From NCBI RefSeq assembly GCF_964204645.1, contig NC_134026.1, forward strand, positions 16,278,150-16,342,149: a DNA stretch of 64,000 nt, read 5' to 3'. Source of the stretch: Tubulanus polymorphus (taxonomy: Eukaryota > Animalia > Nemertea). This document shows positions 49,730 to 62,399 of the stretch, in pieces. Position 1 is the stretch's first letter; the number at the start of each line of letters is the position of its first letter. The notes below the pieces were generated by a model. That model was given only the letters and a program-made list of their open reading frames with translations. It was not told where the DNA came from and did no database searches. The position numbers and the translations under genes were made by a program.

Positions 49730-50210
49730 CATAACAGGGATGGAAGCCAGAGTTCAGGGCAGTGGCTGAAGTTAGTAAACAACCTGCGTAGATGCTTACG
49801 TCGAACATAAGACTCTGAATAGAAGATAGGTGAAAGTGACGTGAGTATCTGCGTAGGGTTACTGGTTATAGCGGCAGCCTTGAGCTCTGGTATGGCTAGG
49901 TAGTAAACAAGTAATAAACTCGTGACGTATAACATATGTAGAACATACGTCGCGAGCATGAAATAGTATAAAAAGGGAGGGTCAGCACAGTAAGAGGGTT
50001 GAGAGATTCTAGAGTGGTGGAGACGCCTAAAATACGAGCTGTAGGAAGGAATAAGAATTGTACTGGAGAATAAAGAAAGAGCTTAGACCTACGAGAAGAT
50101 TTGTTATTATTCTGGAGTCAGAGGGATATCACTAATCGGATTAATCGGAACCAACAACGACAACACGAAGGGAGAACGCAACGGGCCCCACAACACTGGT
50201 GGAGTAGTGT
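49730..50210 (+). mobile_element. Possible LTR with PBS-like motif
   Basis: TATAAAA at about 49967, AATAAA at about 50069, ...ACAACA followed by CTGGTGGAG (complement of a tRNA-Ala-like 3' end); no partner LTR or TSD found. Confidence 0.3.
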
Positions 50211-53200
50211 AACCGACACTCCGACACGTAACCCGAAAGCAGACGACATTGCCTGCAGCGACGATGTCCGCAGTTGGCGACATCGGACATATCGATTTTA
50301 GCCTGTTCGAAAAGCTGAATTCAGGAATATCCACGGACTGGAACAGTTGCGGGATGATATGCAACTGATTCGAGCCACGGTCATCCGAATCGGGCCGCAA
50401 CATCACCCAGTCACAACCCGCAGTCTGACAGCCGTTTCATCAAACAGTTCTAGAAACATCAGTGTTTCTCTCTCTATGGATTTTTGATATTTCGACGAAT
50501 TATTAATAGGTTTTTAGTTCTTCTAAAATGCTTCGCCACCTACGAAACTGGAAAAAATTCATGTGTCTGGATTGTTTATATTTAATTGAAGTTGAAAGAC
50601 GTTTTGGGATAAAGCTGGAAACATTGTTTCGACGGGTTTTGCTCGACATTGCTATTCACGATTTATAATGCGGATGGTTCCCAGTTTGAAGCTGCAACTA
50701 GGTTCAAATATTGCCTTCGTGATATTGGATTAATATCTCCTCCGGGTTGAGCCTCGACGAAAGTCTCATGGGCTTAGGAATCTGTTTATTTGAGTGGGTG
50801 GTCATATTCCGGGCCCATTTGACCCTGTAAGTATTTCCGACAACCTGTCCACATTATTTAGATGCAATTAAATATTTCAACACCTTCATTTCAATGGATT
50901 AAACGTGTGTAAAATATAGATGAAACGAAATGATATTAAAGCTAAATAATGTGTGCAATAATACAAATTCATTAATCATAAATTGTATTAAATTTAAGGA
51001 ACCTTCTCGCTATTTCTGAAAACATATGAGTTATCCAATTTGGGGGAGACACTGACAATCACAGAGCGTGCTGCGACGGCCAGTAGACTCTGCCGTGTCC
51101 CTCATGAATCCTGAATTGTAGTCAGATCCAAATCGTTCTAACTTAATACAGTTACATCGTCCTCCTGTTTGTGGCAAACGAGTCCGGAATCTACCGTACT
51201 GTCACTGGTCATTCTGCTTATCTTACTGCAGTTAGGAGCTTTTGGAAATTCGGTCGCAGATTCCGCAGTTTATCATACGCTAACTATCTTATTATTTTAT
51301 CGGTTAGCGATTTTACAGTCTGCATGAATCTAGTTCCTCCTGCACGTAAACTTCGGTCCTGTGTTTGTGATAAACTCCCTGATCGGTTGGCGAATCTACG
51401 AATATATAACGTTACTTTTCGGCTGCAATAGTTCGTGGTTAATATTAGCGATATCTCTACAACGCGCGTATGGGCGACAATTCCCTTCAAAAAGACACGT
51501 TGACATGTTTTGTACGTTAAAGACATTTTCGCGCCGCGAAGACATTTTCGCGCCACGAAGTCATTTTCGCGCCGCGAAGACATTTCTGCACCGCGTAGTC
51601 ATGCGCCGAAATGTCAGTAGATGGCGCCACGTACATCTAAATTACGTCATCCTGGGAAACCCGGAAATATTCTTTCAACGTTATCATTTTAGCTGTTTCG
51701 ACGTTTCGACTACCAGTTTGCGCGATCTTCGAAAATGACGGATATTTGGGAAACCCAGAAATAGCTCACCTTATAACTGATTACGGCGCGCGTTTTACAA
51801 AATTTTCTCGTAATTCATTATTGTTTTATTGAAATGTCCGATAGACCAAGTAGACGATCATTGATACGATTGCTCCAAAATGCGGCTACAGAGCTTGAGT
51901 CGCCGACGACGACAACATCCGACTTCGCCAGTAGTGGCAGTGGCAGTGGCAGTGCCAGGGCCAGCGTCAGCGAGCCTAGCCCTACTAGGCCTAGGCCTAA
52001 TAATAGTCGAAGTGCATACTACATCGCTAGCAGTACTAGCACCAGCACTAATGATGATAGGTCTGGAATAAGACCCACTACCATGCCTGCAAACAGTAGT
52101 AGGTCTACTTCTAGTACCAGTAGTGATTCCGCAAGGGCCAGTACCAGTGGTAGTATTACTGCTGCCGCTGGTACGTCGTCTACTACAAGACAACAATTGG
52201 TATGTAATTGTAACGAGAATGTGAAAAACTTTTATTGCCATATTCACCTTGACCTAGTCTTACCTTTGCTTTAGTTTTTTATGCAGGGGCGGAGATCCCA
52301 TCAATTTCAGGAAAAATTTTAAGCCTAGGCCTATATAAACAGCCAATTAGCCTAATCGGCCACGCTGTGTATTTCTTCTTTGCGTGGCCTAATCAATAGG
52401 CCACACAAAGAAATACCCTACTTTCTCATCAAATTTTTTTCTGGAAAGTGACGAGGGCGGGCGAATTATTATTGCCTTAAAAAAATTGTTATGATTGTTG
52501 TCCGGCCTCATTGAAAATACAAACTATCTACAGTTAGGGATGCAGATTAGAAAACAATTATCCCTTATTACCTTATTATTGCAAATATGAAATAATAAAC
52601 CTTGTTAGCGGCCAGGGTTTATTTATGTGTGATATTAAGTTAAATATCCCAAATGTGTACTGGTAATAGAAAAATACAAGATTGAATATAATGAAAAACC
52701 ATTCAATGTTTTTCTATTACACATTTATGGGATTTAAACCTAATAGCACATATGATAACAAATCCTGGGGCTATCAGAAAGCATTATTTCATGCTAGTAT
52801 TTTATTCTGAATAGCTGCCATGGCCCATTGTCCCATTTAATCTATCGAGGGTCCTTCTTAAGGTAATACGATTTTTCAATCCTTTTCATTAGGTGCACCG
52901 ACCAATATTCCAAAGAAGTGCTAGTGGCATTCCATATTCTAGAAGGACCACGCAAATGTTGGTATGTATGATATCATTTACTTCTTACTTTAGCATAGAA
53001 AATATCATCTTGAATATTAAACACTGGTTCACAATAACAAAATTTATAGGTATTTCTTGTCGGGAATTATCAATACAGGTATCTTTATGTAATTCCAAGC
53101 TATTACAAAGATGAATGTTTTCTTGTATCATTTCAGTGCCCATACAGAGGACAACGACAAAAAATGTAGTTTGTCTAAGCAACACTGAAGCTGACTGGGT

Positions 53201-53507
53201 GCCATCAAAACGTGAACTTTTAACGCTTACGCGATCGGACATAGGAATGAAAAAATTAGTTTTAAATTCTGAGGGCGACAAATGGCATTTTGAAGATGTC
53301 TTATACAAGTAAGAACAATTGACATAAAAAATAAAACCTTTTAACCAGAATCTCATTAGAATTGAATGCTGAGTTTATTTATCCTCGCTTGCCGGGGTTT
53401 GATTACCTCCCGATGTAACAGACTTATGCATGAACTGTTGGCATGGCTTTGGTGGTGCAAAGCAACCCAACCCTGGCAATTAAGGATGAGTTAACTAGGA
53501 ATGAATA

Positions 53508-53680
53508 TAGTCAACCCCCGATATACTGCCCTCCCCTTTACCGCCACCTCCCTACCGCCAGGTTTTCTCAATGTACATCTCTATACAAATATATAGTCAA
53601 ACACCCCCGATAAACCGCCATACTCTATATACCGCCAAAATCGTTCTGCACTGATGTGGGCGGTATATCGGGGTTGACTG
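53508..53680. mobile_element. Tc1/mariner-type MITE in an intron
   Basis: TA|TAGTCAACCCCCGATATACTGCCC ... GGGCGGTATATCGGGGTTGACTG|TA. Confidence 0.8.
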
Positions 53681-55838
53681 TAAACATGAAATATAGATAT
53701 TTTGCGTATTTTTGTCTAGGTAATTAATGTTTCATATTCATTTTTACTGCAGCGCTTTTTATAAACTCAAGGAATGTGGCGGATATGAGCTGATGGTGGC
53801 AGAACAAAATTCGAGAACACGTTTAGAAGTTATTCATGTGGGGCCTATTTCAGTGAATGAATTAAAAATGTTGGTTGGTTCGAAATTTTATGTGCGACCA
53901 ATACAAAAATCCATCGAAGATGCACACGAGTCAGATACCGAACTCCACGATGAGGGATTTATTCGATGCTTGCAGTGTGAGCTTTTGGTTGATGTGAAAT
54001 CAATTAGGTCTCATACTAAAGAATGTAATGTAAGTTCAGTCTTTATCCAATGACACAAATGATAGGTACATTACATGTACCTTAGATACTTAATAAATTT
54101 AGTTACTACTGTGCATGTATTCAAAAAAAAATTATTATAAATTTCCAGGCCAACTCCGTTCCAATTTCTGTTCCGAATCGTGACACAAACTCTGCTCCGG
54201 CTATTGTGGAGTGTATTTCGGAGAGTTCTGAAGATGAAGAGACTTCTGCTGCTCCTGCTGAATTAGTTCTAGTAGACACCAGTAACCCAGCCGAGGCTGA
54301 TGTTGAATATTCAGAGTAAGTTATAGTTACTGTTTCTAAGTGAACTGAAGAACTAAACTGAGACCGGTTTTATAGAATGGTATTAACTTTAACCCCAGGG
54401 GTAACTCAATTGAAAATTAATTTGAGTTAACCCTCAGGTTAAAGCTAATACCTTGACCCTAATTTTCTAATTAAGTACTCAATATTCAAATGTGAATACA
54501 TTGTATTTCATTTTAGGGTCATTAGAATTGTGAAAGAGACCGCCAATGAAATGTAAGTCATGGTATTCAATGCAATTGTCTGATGTATTCCTATCATATG
54601 TAAAAGGAATGAAAACCTCATATTCTGCAACAGTAAAACAGGGGATTACCGGTATTCATTTACGTATGCATAATACCATATGCAGTAATTTTTCAAACCC
54701 CCTCCTGTACGACCCCTCCCCGAATGTATACGTAATAAATGAATGACCGCCGGTAAATTTTGGATAAAGAAAGATAATAAATCAACTATTTAACGGAAAA
54801 CAGTGATGATCCGGTCACAATTCTGAAGCACTACATAGACAAACTATAAGTGACATGGCAACAAGGTTAGATGGAGAGACCAATTATATTTCTATTTCCA
54901 ATTTTAATCTTTTCGAGGATGCCATGGATGGCATCCTTGAAGGATTTAATCCAGGGCTTGCACTAGAATTAGAATACTTTGGACAGGAGGCCAAAGATCT
55001 CGGAGGGCCTAGGCGGCAGTTCTTGGCCGAGATTACGGCTGCGATACAAGAGAAGTTATTTGATGATGATGGGGAACTTTGTGAAAGTGAACTCCATCAA
55101 CGAAACCGACATTTTTAGTGGAGTACTGCTAGGTTTGTAAAAAATATTGATTCGTTATAGAATTCAAACTTGAAATCTTAATAAAATGAAAATCACCAAC
55201 TGGACATTTCTGTTCATAATTTACAAGAATCCATTACTCCATTACAATAATGCGTGTACATGTATTTGGAAACTCATGAAGGTACAATTATCATGCCTTA
55301 AAAATTATAATACATTGGTTTATTAAGTACTAAAGAAATTTATTTACAGGACTCAGTGTACTACAAGGAGGCCCCTTAGTTACATTCATGAACCCCAATC
55401 TTCTAGATCGGATGATCGGAAACGAGACGAAGAATGATGCAGAATCTCAATTATCCGAGGGACTTAAATCAGCAGGAGTCCTAGAAGTAATTAGTCTGTG
55501 GTGCCTGGAATTTTAACTATTACATTCAGTATTTACTGGTATGAAATAAAAATCCTACATTTTTCAGTTGATGCAAGAATTTCAAGTAATACGAAAGTTA
55601 TTCTACAAGACAGCTGCACATCCTATGGCCTTCCGTAAATTGAAACATTTGCTTGAAGTTCAATTCAATCAGTGAAGAGGGTTCAAACAAAAGAAAGTCT
55701 GAAAAAAATACCTACCGTACATTCTTGAAATACTTAAGGGAAATCAGTGGTAAGTTGTAAAATCTTTCACTATTCATAAAATTACCACCATCTATGTTGT
55801 CTTTTTCACTAATGGTTACAAAATGATGTTCTGCAGGG

Positions 55839-55933
55839 GCCAGTTCTATAGACTGGTATTAACCTTAACCCGGGGCTAACTCAATTCATTTTCAATTAGC
55901 TTCTGGGTTAATACCAGTCTATAAAACCAGGCC
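55839..55933. mobile_element. Short palindromic MITE family (related copies at about 54364-54452, 56721-56800, 35680-35768)
   Basis: GGCCAGTTCTATAGACTGGTATTAACC ... GGTTAATACCAGTCTATAAAACCAGGCC. Confidence 0.7.
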
Positions 55934-57198
55934 ATACACACTATTCGTCATACCCTGGTAGATTAACCCATGATATTGAATGAAATATATTATTTTATTA
56001 TTGCTGCAATGTTATGAATCAAAATTTTTGAAGAAATATATAATTATTTTTCAAATTTATCATGATTGTACATTCGTAAATCGTTCAATTTGACCGTAAT
56101 GAGGATAATGACTACAATTTTTTCTTTTGCAGCTGGTAGACGTTCTATTGGAGAACAAACAGTTCGCCGTTGAAGATATCTTAATGTTTACCACTGGTTC
56201 CGAGTTGGAGCCTGTATTAGGCTTTACCACTCAGCCGAAAATAAGATTCACTGATAGTACTCTTCCAACAAGTAATACTTGTGCAAATATTTTGAATTTG
56301 CCATTAAACTTAGTTGGAACGCAAGAGGAAATTTTTCAAAAATTAGACATCTGTTTTACAAGCAATTACTTCGGTATTGTCTAAGTAAAGTTCACTATTA
56401 AACTGTTGTTCTATAGAAATTACTGTGAAATCTCATTACAATGAAATTTCTTAAAATGAAATATCCTTTAGAATGAAATATCCTTTAGAATGAACCAAAA
56501 TTATTTTTGCTACCGAAAATTATTATGTTTATAGCACGTTCTGTTTAGTCACCAAGAGGTTCCAATTGATCTGATATAACAAAGTTTCTTGCCCCATGGA
56601 TTTCATTGTAACGAGTTTCCACCGTAATTTTATTCCACCTCAGGTGCAATAATCAAACTGACAATCAATTTACAAAGTATTACAGTACAATTTACGCAGT
56701 ATTATGTATGTCATTAATCCGGCCGGTTTTATAGACTGCTATGACTTAACCTAGGGGTTAACCTAAATATTATATTAAATTGAGTTAGTCCCTTGATTTA
56801 ACCCTTTAAGACCCAAACCACTTTTTCGAGACAACGCCCAGTATGAATGTGGCCGGGAATTGGGCCTCTTTCATTTCAGAATTTAAATTCTGCGTCCCGC
56901 CCACCATACTGGTTGTTGACTCCTAAAAGTACCCACTCTGGGAACTTATTAAAGGCAGGTGGTGGGAAATGTGCCATTACACACTCACCTTTGATAAGCT
57001 TTCTAGAGTGGTCTGGGCTTTTAAGTGTTAAATTAAGTACCAGTCTAAAAAAATGATCCCTGGGGCAGATCCAGATTTGGAGTTTCACAGAATTTATTTA
57101 CAGGAGGTTAATTAAGCTAGAGACACACGAGGCAGTTTTTAGCCCACTTGGGACTTTAGTGCGTTCACTTTTCGTCCATCGTCTGTCCGTCTACGGAC

Positions 57199-57434
57199 TA
57201 TGGTGGCTGATTCGGGACATATCAATATTCTTTTTTCATCCTCCTCCAGAACGCGCAAAAACAAATCTTACCCCGCAAAAACAAATCCTAGCGCGCAAAA
57301 ACAAACTTAATGCGCAAAAACAAATTATTTCGTTTTTGCGCGGTAAGATTTGTTTTTGCGCGGTAAGATTTGTTTTTGCGCGTTTTCGTGGAGGATGAAA
57401 AAAAATATTGATATGTCCTGAATCAGCCATCATA
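57199..57434. mobile_element. IS3EU-like MITE, fully palindromic
   Basis: TATGGTGGCTGATTCGGGACATATCAATATT ... AATATTGATATGTCCTGAATCAGCCATCATA with internal GCAAAAACAAATC repeats. Confidence 0.8.
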
Positions 57435-57465
57435 GTCCGTAGACGGAATCCAGTTATTCTTTGGA

Positions 57466-58412
57466 AGTTTTTAGCCCACTTGGGACTTTAGTCCCAGCGG
57501 GCTATTGCGTTCACTTTTCGTCCGTCGTCCGTCCGTAGACGGAATCCAGTTATTTTGGGAAGTTTTGAAGACCCTTTAATGGATTGTCTTGATATTTGGT
57601 TTATACATGTATCTACCCTAGATACATCTTCAGCCCAAAAACTGGCCCGATCAGAATCAAGATGGCCGACTGGTGGTCATTATTGTTCGCTGAAATCAGC
57701 ACTTTTTACACATTTTGAAGTTTTCAAGGGAAATTTTGAAGACGCTTCCATCAATTGTCTTGATCATTCACATATATTTGTATCCCCTGAGGGTCCATCA
57801 GCATAGAGAAATTGGGTCGATAGGCCTCAAGATGCCCGTCCTGTGACCTTTTTTGTGCCCAAAAAGGTCAATTTTGGCCTGAATTCAGAGACCTGTAGCT
57901 TCCTATTGGTTTTTTTTCAATTTTGAAATTTATGGTGGGTATTCTATGGAAAGGGATCTTTAATAAATCAGACAGGTATTTTTGATCATCCGATTATTAC
58001 GCAATTGGCAGCCATCTTAGTATCATCAGTCCTCATTCGTAGGTGGAAAAAGGTTTTTTAAGGAAAATATCTACAGGTTTTAACTTATAGTCTTGATAGT
58101 TGATTATTATTAGCACTGTCATAGGATACATCACCTCGCTTGGAATCACCCGATTCTTTGTTCTTGCCACCAGGGGGAGTTAAATATTGAATAATATACA
58201 ATTTGTCTAATTATATTGGTAACTATCATATTTTGTAACCACAATCAATTGCAAAATTGTAGCTCATGACATGTTCTATGAAAGTGGTGAGTTTCAAGGT
58301 CATTGGATTTTGTATATGGTAACCAGGAGGCGTTGAATATTGAAATTGTTAGATTATTTAGCATTTGAAACTGCTTTCTAAGTTGGCATGGTGTCCCTGG
58401 ACCCCTAGTTAT
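57466..58412 (+). mobile_element. Helentron-associated (HINE/DINE-like) non-autonomous element; partial duplicate of its head at 57136-57465
   Basis: T-run + AGCCCAC...GGGCT subterminal inverted repeat, (GTCC)n-like microsatellite, 3' stem-loop-like GGTGTCCCTGGACCCCTAGTT. Confidence 0.5.
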
Positions 58413-59625
58413 TAGAATGGAAAAACTGCAGCTGATGGTTTGTAGTGATCAGAATACAAAAGTAACCCTAGTTTAAATCTTATTTTTAACACTTGGGGTG
58501 AAGCGGGCTATTGCATTATAGGGGGCATCAGAAATTTAACCTGGCAGAAATCCACTGTTTATCAGTTGAAATGTCAGTTCCATAATTCTTGGTACTCTTT
58601 CATCTAAAACCTAGCGCAGAAAACATGTAAAAGATGAAACAAAATCCTGTTTCAGTGATCATGTTCTAATTGTTAGTTCACTTTGTGTTTATATGATGCT
58701 GTGTGCTTGGGTTTTAAATGGATAAAATTAGATTGACGTTTAGATTTGTACAGGTGGAACCCTGTCCCCATGATATTATAAGCGTCCATTTATAATGTAA
58801 GATAGTACGAGGTATTTTTTTCTTAATTAAGAGTTTATTTTTTAGCAGTACATGTACATTGGATTTGAATTTTTGACTCCACAATTATCTACCAGGATGC
58901 TCTTGTGTCACATTTTAAATCACAAAATAAATTTTCTCATACATTACTATTACTCTGATTCTTCATTTTCTGAGTTTTGATTTAGACAATTTTGAACAAA
59001 ATCAACAGTTTGGAGAGCACTGTAGTCCCATGGATCATTGATATTGAGGTAGTCAGCTGGATTTATTGTTGTTTCTAAACTAAGCATATCAAAATCGCAC
59101 GGACACAATATTTTCTGAAATCAACAGACCAGTATCATCCGTGGTTTCAGAATTAATCGGCCCATCATAATCAAATCCATAACTATACAAGTCATTGATA
59201 TTGAAATTAGTATCATCTGTGTACTTCCGACCAGTAAATCACCCGATACACATCCTCTTCTCCGATACTTTATTAAAGAAGGGTAAACCTTCATTCGATA
59301 GTCTATCGCCCCGTGTTATAGTATACTATATTATGGTAACCCTTCTTAGATACTCATCGCCAGAAGGGCGAGCGCGTTAACACTCGGTCGTTTATTCTGG
59401 GATTCGAACATCAACAGTATTGGCCGTAAATCGGTCGACATTCTGCATTTTTAGTGAACGTGGCGCGCGTTACTTTTTTTACTTAAAACCCACTGGATCT
59501 TACGATACATCGTCGTCGATAAACGTGAATTAAAGTCTATTATTATCTCTAAGTAGATTGATCAAGTAAGTCATTTGCACGTCGTCGAAGAAGAAAGCCT
59601 TACCGTTAATCCAAATGCATTTAAT

Positions 59626-60052
59626 AACGGTCCTCCTTATTACCCGAGAGGGCGAGATCAGATGACGTATTTACCGAGATGACATAAAGAAATATAACAT
59701 ATTTATTTATTCCCTATCGATTTTAACACTTGAAATCATATTATATCAGTAATAAATGCCTGCTGGAGTCATATTTTATCGGATATTTTTGTAGAAAAAT
59801 ATCTTTACTGAGATGAGATCGTCGATCAATCAAATCTAATGAAATTTTATTGCTAACCGAGATTACGATTAAGTCAAATTTTTTTTACAAAATATCCGGA
59901 AAAATATGTAAAATATGACTCTAGAAGGTATTTATTACTGATGCAACATGATTTCAAGTGTTAAAATTGATAAGGAATAGTTAAATATACTATATTTCAC
60001 GTCATTGTCATCTCGGTAAATTACGTCATCTCGGTAATAAGGAGGACCCTTT
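59626..60052. mobile_element. Palindromic MITE
   Basis: GGTCCTCCTTATTACC ... GGTAATAAGGAGGACC with long imperfect inverted arms. Confidence 0.8.
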
Positions 60053-60556
60053 TATAATGGAAATCGAAAATGGGTAATGCATAATGCCTTAGATTTCCGG
60101 GCCTAGTATAAATTCCAACTTAGCCTCGGCCTATTCAGTATTTTGCCGACCTTTTCATTATTTTATTAAATCAAATAGGCAGTGCGCCACCATGGCCGTA
60201 TACTCAAAGTGCTGCCAGTGAATCACCGCTTTAGGCCTAGTACGGGCATGGCTACTGCATTAATCGCCCGAAATATTCAGTCGGTGACGACAAACGCCTA
60301 GTGAATCACCTGAATCAAACTTAAAATTTTCGGCCGATTATTTTTAGGAAGAGGTTATTTAGCCAGATCTGGTTACCGACTTAAAAGATATTTTGCCGGA
60401 TCCATATATTATGTATTAGTAAAATCATTATATTGGGTTTAGGGTTAGGGTTTTGATAGGGTTAATGTCAAGAGGGTCCAGGGTTTTGTTTCACAACTAG
60501 GGATAGGGTTAGGTGGGGCTATATATCTAGTTAAAACATTCGGGTGGTTTTCAGCG

Positions 60557-60630
60557 AGCTCGGTGGTCTAGTGGGAAGACGCTGCGCTAGGTGAATTTAC
60601 TGACCCGGATTCGAGTCTCGCTCTATGCGC
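60557..60630 (+). other. tRNA-derived (SINE-head-like) sequence preceded by TTAGGG-like repeats
   Basis: A box TGGTCTAGTGG and B-box-like GGATTCGAGTC; no convincing cloverleaf. Confidence 0.5.
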
Positions 60631-61186
60631 TCTGCTTTCTCAAACTCTTTTCTCCATACTTCCTTCAAGTCGCGCACCTCTCTGCGCATATGCGCGGAGA
60701 AATATCCGGCAAAATATTGTTCAGAAGTCGGTGACCGGATCCAGCTGAATAACCACACCCTTATTTTTACACCCGCACTGGACGTATTGAGCCGGTGATT
60801 GACGTTTACCAACCAAATAGCCATGGTCCTATGATGCATTTTTTATATAATGAGATTTGTTAATTCTCTCCTGCTAAGCAGCGTACGCTGTCAGCACTTC
60901 GATAGGCCTTCGATAGGCTCCGCTCCGCGACCAATTGATTTAATTACAATACACAAATTCAAATAATCAAATATATTCAAATGATAATAATTATTCTATT
61001 ATTCAACTGAAATGCACGCGGTTATGAAAATATATTATAGTTTTTTAATTACTTTTAATATATGTTATTAATGAACTCGATCATTAAACCTTTGATATGA
61101 AAGCCTATTACCCCTATTACTCTTAAAATATTCATTTAAATCATTGAACTTCTAAAATCAATTTTAATAAAAAATATAGTATTAAA

Positions 61187-61360
61187 ATGGAAGCAAATAA
61201 GTACTACTGCCCAACATGTAATATCGATATAGATAAATCCCAAAAAGCAAGACACAATAAAACTAGAACACATTTGTTTTTAGTCCAGTTGGTTAAAGCA
61301 AAGACATTTATCGAATTATGGAACTCAACACATAGTGAAAAATATGTTGAATCGTTATAA
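61187..61360 (+). pseudogene. 57-aa in-frame chimera of the pPolB N-terminal Zn finger and the HNH protein C-terminus
   Basis: MEANKYYCPTCNIDIDKSQKARHNKTRTHL + FLVQLVKAKTFIELWNSTHSEKYVESL*. Confidence 0.8.
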
Positions 61361-61499
61361 ACGCCTGATAATACTCAGCTATATAGTTGGTTGTATTAGC
61401 TCTAGTAAACATATGTTACCAGCTTATATTTCAATTGTAAAGAGTTAATTAATTTCATTGATCTAAATGCCTTTATTATTGATTTTTTTTCAACTATAT

Positions 61500-61710
61500 T
61501 TACAAGTCTCAACGCGTTGTGTATTATACATCATACGGCGGACGTTAGCGAATCACAAATCTCATAATTTACAAGTCTCAACGCGTTTTTTAGATGTTTC
61601 TGGACAATTAAGCTCTAACCAATCAAAAGTCTCATAATTCGCAAGTCTCAACACACTTGTTCTAGATGTTTCTGAGCATAGAATAGTATAAATAGGCGCG
61701 CACATCAGAC
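61500..61710 (+). promoter_or_regulatory. Pol II-like promoter: three CAAGTCTCAAC repeats, CCAAT box, TATAAATA
   Basis: Repeats at about 61504, 61572 and 61642; CCAAT 61619; TATAAATAGGCGCGC at about 61687. Confidence 0.4.
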
Positions 61711-62399
61711 GCTTAACAGAGCTATAGAATAAATCTATAAATTCACAGCTGTTACAGCTGTTACTATAACGCCGAGATATTATGAATCATAATCAGAAAC
61801 GTGTAGAATATTCTAGAAAGGCGCGCCGGAACTAGATGACGTGGCATAATCAACGACGTGTCATTCTCGAAATCGCCCCGGAAATGGATATACGCTGTAA
61901 TATTGTGCTCAGGATATACTATCTTTCGAAACGAAATTAGGAGTTTATAGTTTACAATTATAAATCTAAATGTAAGTACTGTTTGTTGTAGTTATTAGGG
62001 CTATTAAATATGAAACCTTTAGATATATTTAAGCGTATTTAGTATATCTTTTAGATAGTTAGAGTTACCGCTAATATCTTTTAGATTAATAAAACGTCAT
62101 ACGCATCAAGAAGCGATAGAGAAACTCAAGATACTCTTTCTGACTGAGGAATCAACAGCAATGGATATCGAACCAATAGAATCACCAAAAGATCGACGAA
62201 GAAACTATATAAGAATTTCAAAAACATTGAGACTCCAATGATTAAGTTTAACATTTGTTAATGTAGTTAAATATTTACCAGCAATTGAAAAAATGTTTGT
62301 AATTATAAATTGTATTTATAGAAATCAAATGATGTATTAGAAGAAATGACTGAACAACTTGTATAATGTATTGTGTAAATCTGATTTGTGAATTTTTAT

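Larger units (their letters stand above)
51834..56384 (+). pseudogene. Multi-exon G2E3-like HECT E3 ubiquitin ligase, apparently disrupted
   Basis: GT-AG bounded exons at about 51834-52199, 52893-52965, 53136-53308, 53753-54028, 54149-54315, 54517-54552, 54770-55132, 55350-55486, 55568-55749 and 56132-56384. Motifs KLKECGGYELM, EAKDLGGPRRQF, SVLQGGP, ILMFTTG, catalytic LPTSNTC and terminal FGIV*. Stops or frameshifts near 54850, 55115 and 55665. Confidence 0.78.

Noticed and set aside
60435-60515. True telomere
   Set aside because: Only a few degenerate TTAGGG units, in an internal position.
60557-60630. Functional tRNA gene
   Set aside because: A/B boxes are present but there is no good acceptor or anticodon stem by eye; more likely SINE-derived.
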